From: Thermoanaerobaculia bacterium
Lineage (GTDB): Bacteria; Acidobacteriota; Thermoanaerobaculia; Multivoradales; UBA5704
Length of the DNA: 56,818 bases
Assembly (NCBI GenBank): GCA_036521795.1
Contig: DATDGZ010000577.1
Span: 1 to 56,818, forward strand
Direction of reading: 5' to 3'
The notes under the pieces were generated by a model. That model saw only the letters and a program-made list of their open reading frames with translations. It had not been told where the DNA came from and did not search any database. Position 1 is the stretch's first letter; each line of letters begins with the position of its first letter. The translations under genes and the position numbers were made by a program. Below are positions 49,772 to 56,818 of this stretch, in pieces.

Positions 49772-50311
49772 ATGCGTGTACGCAAGCTCGCCGGTGCCGT
49801 GCCTTGCCTGGCTGCTGCGGCAGCGTTGTGGCTGCTCGCCGCGGCGCCGGTGCCCCGGAAGGCCCCCGCCTTCGCCTACGTCGATGCCGCGGGCAGAGAG
49901 GTGCAGCTGTCGAGCTTCAAGGGCAAGGTGGTGGTGGTCGAGCTCCTGCTCATCCGCTGTCCTCACTGCTGGCGCCTGGCGCAGACGATCGCCAAGCTGC
50001 ACCAGGAGCTGGGGGCGCGCGGCCTCCAGCCGATCAGCATCGCTTTCGACAACGATGCCAGCGGGCCGCTGGTGAGAGACTTCGCGGCGAACGCCAAGAT
50101 CGGCTATCCGGTCGGCTATACCACCGCGGACAAGGTGGACGGGTTCCTGGGCCGCGAGGCGAAGGAGCGCTTCCAGGTCCCGCAGCTGGTGGTGATCGAC
50201 CGCGCCGGAGTGATCCGCGCCCAGAGCAGTCCGACCGGCGAGGTCAAGCTCGAGGACGAGGCGTCCTTGCGCCGCCTGCTCGACGGCTTGCTGAGGGAGG
50301 CGGCGCCGTAA
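49772..50311 (+). CDS. TlpA-like periplasmic thioredoxin/redoxin
   Basis: Signal/anchor, then FKGKVVVVELLLIRCPHCWRLA (CxxC) ...PQLVVIDRAGVIR. Confidence 0.85.
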   Translation: MRVRKLAGAVPCLAAAAALWLLAAAPVPRKAPAFAYVDAAGREVQLSSFKGKVVVVELLLIRCPHCWRLAQTIAKLHQELGARGLQPISIAFDNDASGPLVRDFAANAKIGYPVGYTTADKVDGFLGREAKERFQVPQLVVIDRAGVIRAQSSPTGEVKLEDEASLRRLLDGLLREAAP

Positions 50312-50344
50312 GCTCTCGCAGCTCCGTGCGACAATGCGGTCGCC

Positions 50345-53023
50345 ATGGCCGCGCCGCCGCCCTCCACCACACTGCCCGCCCCGCGGGTCGCCCGCCCGTC
50401 GCTCGCCGCGCGCCTGCCGGAGCCCGGGACCGGGGCCCGCCGGCGAGAGGTCGGGCCGGAGGAGGTCCTGGACCGCTTCGTCGAGTGGACCGCGGACGCC
50501 GGCTTCGCGCTCTACCGGGCGCAGGAAGAGGCGCTGCTCGAGATCGCCGCCGGGCGCCACGTCATCCTCAACACGCCGACCGGGTCGGGCAAGTCGCTGG
50601 TCGCCCTGGGGCTCCACTTCAAGGCGCTCTGCGAGGGGAGGACCTCCTTCTACACCAGCCCGATCAAGGCCCTGGCCAGCGAGAAGTTCTTCGCGCTCTG
50701 CGACGACTTCGGGGCCGAGAACGTCGGCATGCTGACCGGCGACGCCGCCATCAACCCGCGCGCGCCGATCGTCTGCTGCACCGCCGAGGTGCTCGCCAAC
50801 ATGGCGCTGCGCCGGGGCGAGGAGCTCGACGCCCCGTACGTGGTGATGGACGAGTTCCACTATTACTCCGATCCCGAGCGCGGCGTCGCGTGGCAGATCC
50901 CGCTCCTCACCCTGGCGCGGACGCGCTTCCTGCTGATGTCGGCGACGCTGGGCGACATGAGCGGCATCGCCGAGCGGCTGCGGGCGCAGACCGGCGTCGA
51001 GGTGGCGCTGGTGACCTCCGCCGAGCGCCCGGTGCCGCTCGACTTCGAGTACCGCGAGACGCCGCTGCACCAGACCATCGAGGACCTGCTCGGGGCCGGC
51101 AAGGCGCCGATCTACGTCGTCAACTTCACCCAGCGCGAATGCGCCGAGCTGGCGCAGTCGCTGACCAGCCTGAGGATCGCTAGCCGCGAGGAGCGCGACC
51201 GCATCCGCGAGGCGATCGGCGGCGCGCGCCTCGACACGCCGTACGGCAAGGAGCTCCGGCGCTTCCTGTCCTTCGGCATCGGCGTCCATCACGCCGGGCT
51301 GCTGCCGAAGTACCGCCTGCTGGTCGAGCAGCTGTCGCAGCAGGGCCTGCTGCGCGTGATCTGCGGCACCGACACGCTCGGGGTCGGCGTCAACATCCCG
51401 ATCCGCACCGTGCTCTTCTCGCGCCTCGCCAAGTTCGACGGCAGGAAGGTCGCCATGCTCTCGGTGCGCGATTTCCAGCAGATCGCCGGCCGCGCCGGGC
51501 GCAAGGGATTCGACGACCAGGGGAGCGTGGTCGCCCAGGCGCCCGAGCACATCGTCGAGAAGCGCCAGGCCGAGCGGCGTGCCGCCGCCAAGGGGGGGGC
51601 GGCGGCGGGCAAGAAGCGGCGCAAGCCCGGTGGAGCGGCGGCGGCGCCGAAGGGCGAGGTGTCGTGGAGCCGCGAGACCTTCGACAAGCTGATCACGCGC
51701 CCGCCCGAGACCCTGAGGTCGCGCTTCCGCCTCACCCACGGCACGGTGCTGAACCTGCTGCAGCGCGACGCCGAGCGCGACGATCCGTCGCGGCGCAACT
51801 TCGACAGTCTGCGCGAGCTGATCGCGCGCAGCCACGAGGACGAAGCGAGCAAGCGGCGGCTGCTCTCGGAAGCGGCGGTGCTGGTGCGCTCGCTCTATCG
51901 CGCCGGCGTCGTGCACCTGGCGCGCGACACGGCCGGGCCCTACCGATGGGTGGTGGTCGACCGCGATCTGCAATGGGACTTCTCGCTCCACCAGGCGCTG
52001 TCGCTCTTCCTGATCGAGGCGCTCGGCCAGCTCGACCAGCAGTCCGAGAGCTATGCCGCCGACGTGGTCAGCCTGGTCGAGGCGGTGCTCGAGGACCCCG
52101 AGATGGTGCTGCGGCGGCAGGTGGACAAGCTCAAGCAGGAGCTGGTCGCGCGCCTGAAGGCCGACGGCGTGCCCTACGAAGAGCGCATGGAGCGGCTCGA
52201 GGAGGTCGGTCCGCCGCAGCCGCCGCCGGCGCTGGTCGACTTTTTCCATGGCGCCTTCCACCGCTTCCGCGGCGACCATCCCTGGGTCGGCGGCCGCGAC
52301 ATCCGCACCAAGCTGATCGGCCGCGAGATGCTGCTGGACTACCTGGGCTTCAGCGATTTCGTCAAGCGCTACCACCTCGAGCGCAGCGAGGGCGTGCTGC
52401 TGCGCTACCTCTCCCAGCTCTACAAGACGCTCAAGCAGAGCGTCCCGGAGGCGGCCCGCAGCGAGGCGGTGCTCGACGCCCTGGGCTTCTTCCGCGCCCT
52501 GCTCGAGCGCACCGACACCAGCCTGCTCGAGGAGTGGGAAGAGCTGCTGCATCCCGAGCTGCGGCGCGAGCGCGAGCGCGAGCACGAGGCCGCGGAGGCC
52601 CTCTGGATCCGCGAGCTGGCCGCCGACCCGAAGGCCTTCGGCGCCCGCGTGCGCGCCGAGATGCACCTGCTGGCGCGGACGCTGGCGGCGCGCGACTGGG
52701 AGGCCGCGGCCGAGTCGGTGCGCGGCGGGCTGCCGGCTGGAGAGGCGCCGGCCGGCGGCGAGGAAGCATCATGGGACGCCGAGCGCTTCGAGCGCGAGCT
52801 GGCGCCGTTCTTCGCCGAGTACGGCGAGCTGCTCTTCACCCCCGAGGCGCGCCGCCACCAGTTCACCCACATCCAGCGCACCGGCGACCGCACCTGGGAG
52901 ATCCGCCAGACCCTCCTCGACCCGCAGGGCGACCACCTCTGGGCCATCGCCGGCGACGTCGACCTCCGCGACCCGCACGCCCTCGAGGGCCCGCTGGTCC
53001 GGCTGCACGGGATCGGACCGTAG
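50345..53023 (+). CDS. DEAD/DEAH-box (Ski2-like) helicase with long C-terminal domain (DUF3516-type)
   Basis: NTPTGSGKSLVA (motif I), VVMDEFHYY (II), LMSATLG (III), HHAGLLP, TDTLGVGVNIP and QIAGRAGRKG (VI), with about 430 aa of helical C-terminal region. Confidence 0.9.
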   Translation: MAAPPPSTTLPAPRVARPSLAARLPEPGTGARRREVGPEEVLDRFVEWTADAGFALYRAQEEALLEIAAGRHVILNTPTGSGKSLVALGLHFKALCEGRTSFYTSPIKALASEKFFALCDDFGAENVGMLTGDAAINPRAPIVCCTAEVLANMALRRGEELDAPYVVMDEFHYYSDPERGVAWQIPLLTLARTRFLLMSATLGDMSGIAERLRAQTGVEVALVTSAERPVPLDFEYRETPLHQTIEDLLGAGKAPIYVVNFTQRECAELAQSLTSLRIASREERDRIREAIGGARLDTPYGKELRRFLSFGIGVHHAGLLPKYRLLVEQLSQQGLLRVICGTDTLGVGVNIPIRTVLFSRLAKFDGRKVAMLSVRDFQQIAGRAGRKGFDDQGSVVAQAPEHIVEKRQAERRAAAKGGAAAGKKRRKPGGAAAAPKGEVSWSRETFDKLITRPPETLRSRFRLTHGTVLNLLQRDAERDDPSRRNFDSLRELIARSHEDEASKRRLLSEAAVLVRSLYRAGVVHLARDTAGPYRWVVVDRDLQWDFSLHQALSLFLIEALGQLDQQSESYAADVVSLVEAVLEDPEMVLRRQVDKLKQELVARLKADGVPYEERMERLEEVGPPQPPPALVDFFHGAFHRFRGDHPWVGGRDIRTKLIGREMLLDYLGFSDFVKRYHLERSEGVLLRYLSQLYKTLKQSVPEAARSEAVLDALGFFRALLERTDTSLLEEWEELLHPELRREREREHEAAEALWIRELAADPKAFGARVRAEMHLLARTLAARDWEAAAESVRGGLPAGEAPAGGEEASWDAERFERELAPFFAEYGELLFTPEARRHQFTHIQRTGDRTWEIRQTLLDPQGDHLWAIAGDVDLRDPHALEGPLVRLHGIGP

Positions 53024-53147
53024 TCCCGTTCGGGTGGGCGCCACGGCCTGTCTCCCACGTGCTGAGGGTTGCGGGTCGGAAGCCGGTCAAGCGGGCCGCC
53101 TCCTTCTGCCGGCTGCCGGAGCCGGCGCCCTCGATCCCGGCAGCCGC

Positions 53148-53426
53148 GGCGACCGCTACCAGGTGGTGGTGCACGTCGACGCCGAGGCGGTGCCGGCCGC
53201 CAGCGAGGGCGGCTCGTCCTGCCTCGCCGACGGTACGCACGTTTCCGCGGAAACGTCCCGCCGGCTTGCCTGCGACGCGGCGCTGGTGGTGATGCGGCAT
53301 GCCGCCGACGGTCGGGTGCTCGACGTCGGCCGCCGTACCCGCGCGATCTCGCCCGGCCTGCGCCGCGCCCTCGAGCATCGCGACGGCGGCTGCCGCGACC
53401 GGGATGCGCCAGCCGCCGCGGGCTGA
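53148..53426 (+). pseudogene. Remnant of a DUF222/HNH-endonuclease gene (internal fragment, HNH motif lost)
   Basis: GDRYQVVVHVDAEAV...CLADGTHVSAETSRRLACDAALVVMRHAADGRVLDVGRRTRAISPGLRRALEHRDGGCR matches the region just upstream of the HNH motif in 13E12/DUF222-type proteins. The frame then reads DRDAPAAAG* instead of FPGC...H..H, and the N-terminal domain of about 250 aa is absent. Confidence 0.6.
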
Positions 53427-53449
53427 CCGCTGCCCACGGAGAGCGGCGT

Positions 53450-54238
53450 TCAGTGTCGGCCGACGGCCCGGGGGCGGGGGCCCGCGGGCGGTGGCTCGCC
53501 GTTGCCGGCGGCGCGGGCCTGCGCGGCGTCGTCAGGTGGCGGCGGCGCGGGGGGCTTCGCCGGCGCGACGGCCTTCGCGGGGGCGAAGATCGAGAGCGGC
53601 GACGTCGCCGACATCGCCGTCGTTGCCGCCGTTCCTGGCTTCGCCGGCACCTTGTCAGCGGCGGTGCCGACGGCGCGCAGCTCGGCATCCAGGTCGGCCT
53701 CGCTGACGTAGGGCAGCTGGCGGTGCTGGTAGCGCTCCGCCTGCACGATGAGGCGGTTGAGCAGGCGGGAGTGGCGCCAGTCGAAGACCAGGCGCTTGAT
53801 CTCGGGGTAGAAGAAGGAGGCGGCCGCCAGCACGAACGCGAAGGCGTCGTCGAAGATCGGAATGAAGGGCGCCTTGACGATCAGGCCACCGACCGTCAGG
53901 CCGGCGAGCGCGAGCGCCAGGCGGGACAGCGGGTCGCCCTGGCGCCAGAGGCCGTAGCTGTCGAGCTCCAGGCGCGTCTGGGCCGCCGCCGCCCGCGCGT
54001 ACTGGGGCAGCGCGGTCTCCAGCACCTCGCTCTCGAGCTCGCGCCAGTAGGCGGGCGTGCCGCCGGCCTCCACGTAGCAGGGCGCGATCTCGGCCAGCTT
54101 CTCACGCGCGATCTCGGCCAGCTGCGCCGCCGCCTCGGCGTCGTCGGGCGGCAGGCTGCGCCGGCGGTGCTCGCAGTCCTGCAGCACCGCGAACAGCACG
54201 GGTCCGAAGTCGTACTCGCGGCCGGCAAGGTTCAACAT
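53450..54238 (-). CDS. Membrane hypothetical protein (two TM helices, Pro/Ala-rich tail)
   Basis: 262 aa, starting 19 nt after the upstream SPFH gene stop. LALALAGLTVGGLIVKAPFIPIF and AFAFVLAAASFFY helices. Confidence 0.55.
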   Translation of the reverse strand: MLNLAGREYDFGPVLFAVLQDCEHRRRSLPPDDAEAAAQLAEIAREKLAEIAPCYVEAGGTPAYWRELESEVLETALPQYARAAAAQTRLELDSYGLWRQGDPLSRLALALAGLTVGGLIVKAPFIPIFDDAFAFVLAAASFFYPEIKRLVFDWRHSRLLNRLIVQAERYQHRQLPYVSEADLDAELRAVGTAADKVPAKPGTAATTAMSATSPLSIFAPAKAVAPAKPPAPPPPDDAAQARAAGNGEPPPAGPRPRAVGRH

Positions 54239-54257
54239 GGCGGATCCTACGGTGTCA

Positions 54258-55352
54258 TTACTGCGGGTTCGGCGGGCTCGGCGCCGGGTTCGGCGCCTCG
54301 GCGTCGCGCCCCTGCTGGTAGCGCAGCACGCCGAGCTGCTGCAGCAGCCGGTTGCCGTCGATGATGATATTGCCGTTCGGCAGCTTCGGGATCTGACGGA
54401 TCTCCTTCTTCTCGAGCGCCTCGATCAGCCGCAGGTTGACGTAGGCGTCGCCGGCGCTGCTGTTGAGCGCGGCGCGCTCGCGGCGGATCCCCTCGGCGCT
54501 GGCGCTGCGCTCGGCCAGGGTGGCCTGCGCCTCCTGCTGCCGCTTGACCAGGTAGGCGTCGGCCGCCCGCTTCGCCTGCTCGAAGCCGCCCTGGGCGGCG
54601 GTGAGCTCCTGGGTGAGCTGGGCCACCTTGGCCTGCAGGTTCGCCTGGTTGGCCTCCTGGGTCGCGTGGATCTCGGCCTCGAGCTTCTCGGCCTGCTTCT
54701 CGGCCTCCTTGCGCTGGTTGATCAGCCGCTGGTAGTCGTGCTTGAAGGAGAAGTCGCCGAGCAGCACCGATTCGACCATCACGCCGTAAGGCCGCAGCCG
54801 TTCGTTCAGCAGGTTGGTGGCGTCGTTGGCGGCGGCGAAGCGCAGCTTCGGGTTGTAGAACTCCTCCGAGTCGAGGCGGTTGAGCACGTCGCGGACGTAG
54901 GTGCGGGCCAGCGGCCGCACCAGGCGCTGCTCGACCTCGTCGCTGCTCGGCGCCACGTTCCGCCAGATGGCGCCGATGCGGCTGGGATCGATCCGCCAGC
55001 GCACCGTGACGTCGGTGTCGATGTCGTTGCCGTCGCGGGTCTTGAAGCGCAGGTCGTCCTTCTCGCGCCGGTTGCCGCTGCTGAGGTCGGCGTTCATGAT
55101 CAGGCTGCGCTGCGAGATGTCGTAGGTGTTCCAATCGTTGACGAAGGGCAGGAAGAAATAGGTCGCGCCCGCCGGCTTGATCTCGAGCGAATGGGTGAGC
55201 TTGTTGAACACCGCGCCGACCTCCGTGGGTCCGGTGTGGTGCGGCGTGCAGGCCGTGGCGGAGATTAGCGAGAGCAGCGTGAGCAGCGCGGGCAGCGCGG
55301 GCAGCGCAAGCGCCGCCCGGATCGGCAGGGTCGTGGAAGAGGAGTGTCGCAT
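54258..55352 (-). CDS. SPFH/band-7 family lipoprotein
   Basis: Lipobox LLSLISATAC, an SPFH core (DLRFKTRDGNDIDTDVTVRWRIDP...) and a coiled coil (RKEAEKQAEKLEAEIHATQEANQANLQAKVAQL...). Confidence 0.8.
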   Translation of the reverse strand: MRHSSSTTLPIRAALALPALPALLTLLSLISATACTPHHTGPTEVGAVFNKLTHSLEIKPAGATYFFLPFVNDWNTYDISQRSLIMNADLSSGNRREKDDLRFKTRDGNDIDTDVTVRWRIDPSRIGAIWRNVAPSSDEVEQRLVRPLARTYVRDVLNRLDSEEFYNPKLRFAAANDATNLLNERLRPYGVMVESVLLGDFSFKHDYQRLINQRKEAEKQAEKLEAEIHATQEANQANLQAKVAQLTQELTAAQGGFEQAKRAADAYLVKRQQEAQATLAERSASAEGIRRERAALNSSAGDAYVNLRLIEALEKKEIRQIPKLPNGNIIIDGNRLLQQLGVLRYQQGRDAEAPNPAPSPPNPQ

Positions 55353-55397
55353 GACGATAGGTTCTCCGCGGCGGCCGCGAGCGTCGGGCCAGGGATC

Positions 55398-56450
55398 TCA
55401 GTGGCTGGACACGATCTTCGAGAAGTCGGTGGGATCTTCCGAGATGAAGATCGGTCCCTTGATGCTGTTGAGCAGGGCGAGGCCGCGCTTCAGCCGCAGC
55501 AGCTTGTCCGAGCCGGCACCCTCCATGGCGCGGTTGATGGCCTCGGTGCCCGACGCCTCGGCGCTGCGCACCAGCAGGTCGGCCTCGGCGCGCTTCTGGC
55601 GCTCGTAGAGGTCCTTCTTGGCGTTGATCTCGGTGATCTGCGCCGCGAACTCGGCCGCCTTGATGCGGATCAGGTTCTGGCCCTCGGTGGCGACCTGGTT
55701 GAGGCGCGTCTGCACCTCGGCCTGGCGGGCCAGGGCGCGGTTGGTGAGCACCGACTGGTCCTGGATCTTCTTCTGCTCGGTGAGCGCCTGGAACGTCGCC
55801 GGGTATTCGTACTGGCGGATCAGCACGTCGGCCAGGGCGAGACCGTTGTCGGCCAGGTTCCGCGCCAGCGCCGCCTTCAGCGCGGCGACGCGCAGCAGGC
55901 GCTCGCTGCCGTAGAACTGCTCCGCCAGCAGCTCGCCCAGGAACTGCTTGACCAGCGGGTCGGTGAAGCGCACCACCACCGCCTCTTCGTAGGCGTTGCC
56001 GAAGCCGAACTTGGAGACCACCAGGAAGGGGTCCTTGATGTGGTAGAGCACCGTCACGTCGAGGTCCACCGGGTAACCGTCGACGGTCGGCACCTTGATC
56101 GCGGCGCCCTTCAGGTGTCCGGCGCCCGCCTCCTGCGGGTTGTTGGTGAACTCGACCACCTGCAGGTCGTGCGGGAAGGTGCGGATCTGCTCGTAGCCGC
56201 TGATCTCGCGCCGGTAGCCCGGGCGCACCAGCTCCTTCTGCAGCCCCTTGGCGGGGCCGAATGCGACCTGGCGCATGCCGACGCGGTCAGGCGGCACGTA
56301 GGTCACCAGGCAGGCGCGGACGAACAGCAGCGGCACCAGCACCGCGGCCAGCGGCAGCACGACCCGGCGCAGCCGGCCGCTCAGCCCGCCGCGCAGGACC
56401 TGCAGCAGCGGCGACTGGACGCGAAAACGAGGTACGGCAGGATTGGGCAT
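55398..56450 (-). CDS. SPFH/band-7 (HflK/C-like) membrane protein
   Basis: N-terminal TM (VVLPLAAVLVPLLFV), an SPFH core (KVPTVDGYPVDLDVTVLYHIKDP...) and a coiled coil. Confidence 0.8.
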   Translation of the reverse strand: MPNPAVPRFRVQSPLLQVLRGGLSGRLRRVVLPLAAVLVPLLFVRACLVTYVPPDRVGMRQVAFGPAKGLQKELVRPGYRREISGYEQIRTFPHDLQVVEFTNNPQEAGAGHLKGAAIKVPTVDGYPVDLDVTVLYHIKDPFLVVSKFGFGNAYEEAVVVRFTDPLVKQFLGELLAEQFYGSERLLRVAALKAALARNLADNGLALADVLIRQYEYPATFQALTEQKKIQDQSVLTNRALARQAEVQTRLNQVATEGQNLIRIKAAEFAAQITEINAKKDLYERQKRAEADLLVRSAEASGTEAINRAMEGAGSDKLLRLKRGLALLNSIKGPIFISEDPTDFSKIVSSH

Positions 56451-56503
56451 GTCGGTTCCAGTCTGGCGGCCGCGAGCGCGGCCTGTCGATGGGGTGCCCT
56501 GTG

Positions 56504-56533
56504 ACTATACCACCGGGCGTAAATGCGGCGCAA
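56504..56533 (-). promoter_or_regulatory. Candidate promoter of the SPFH operon (TTGCGC-N18-TATAGT)
   Basis: On the reverse strand: TTGCGC (56528-56533), an 18-nt spacer and TATAGT (56504-56509). It lies about 50 nt upstream of the ATG at 56450. Confidence 0.4.
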
Positions 56534-56548
56534 GCGGCGCCTCGCGCC

Positions 56549-56818
56549 TCAGCCCACGCCCTGGGCGGGGTAGGGGAAGCCGGCGGGCGGCGGCGCGGTC
56601 TTCTCGACGAACGCCCGCATCGCCGCGTCGCAGATCGCGTAGCCCCAGTTGATCAGGCGCTGCTGGATCGCTGGCGTCACCTTGGCGAGGCGCGTCGGGT
56701 ACCGGGCGAGGACAGCGGTCTTCTCGGGCGGGCACGGCAGGGCGCCGGGCACCTTGAACGACGCGATCTTGGTGGCGATCCCCCAGTAGGCGCCCTTGCG
56801 CGCGCCGCTCTTGTAATC
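56549..56818 (-). CDS. 3' end of a gene running off the right edge; tentatively a patatin-like phospholipase family C-terminus
   Basis: The reverse frame is open to the window edge: DYKSGARKGAYWGIATKIASFKVPGALPCPPEKTAVLARYPTRLAKVTPAIQQRLINWGYAICDAAMRAFV... I recall the YWGI...TRL...LINWGYA.CDAA.R tail from patatin-like proteins. This is unverified. Confidence 0.4.
   Translation of the reverse strand, partial: DYKSGARKGAYWGIATKIASFKVPGALPCPPEKTAVLARYPTRLAKVTPAIQQRLINWGYAICDAAMRAFVEKTAPPPAGFPYPAQGVG

Overview
High-G+C chromosomal segment from a diderm bacterium. TonB-dependent receptor, Tol-Pal, LptE and a CarboxypepD_reg-type receptor suggest Acidobacteriota or a similar lineage, but the taxon is unverified. 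I read about 50 protein genes and found no rRNA, tRNA or CRISPR array.

Left to right:
- HlyD-type adaptor fragment and a TonB-dependent receptor.
- A roughly 1.8 kb visibly lower-G+C islet (about 3.6-5.4 kb) with a truncated hicA, an intact hicB, two small hypothetical genes and scrambled transposase remnants.
- A secreted Pro/Ala-rich protein and a 957-aa membrane HExxH metallopeptidase-like protein.
- A GMC oxidoreductase / class-I-like HMG-CoA reductase / ABC1-UbiB kinase operon.
- Uma2 nuclease.
- An SDR, membrane protein, ribH, nusB, leuS, lptE string.
- rpsT.
- A complete tolQ-tolR-tolA-like-tolB-pal-cpoB cluster.
- RNase E.
- Esterase, HD hydrolase, short asparaginase, EEP nuclease/phosphatase.
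- A pseudo-receiver-DUF4388-DegV fusion.
- Zn-ribbon protein and arfB.
- PPK2, acyl-CoA desaturase, M28 peptidase.
- An NfeD-flotillin-ParA-like operon.
- A Tat/Sec-exported copper module: CotA-like multicopper oxidase, Sco, an unknown protein, an orphan Tat solute-binding protein and TlpA.
- A DEAD/DEAH helicase and an HNH-endonuclease remnant.
- A tandem SPFH-SPFH-membrane protein operon.
- The 3' end of a further gene.

Most worth following up:
- the copper module with its AT-rich promoter and long leader;
- the orphan HMG-CoA reductase with an extra N-terminal domain;
- the flotillin/NfeD/ParA operon with a His-heptad repeat;
- the DegV fusion;
- a dispersed palindromic repeat family that also brackets the low-GC islet.

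All family assignments come from reading motifs by eye. No database search was possible.
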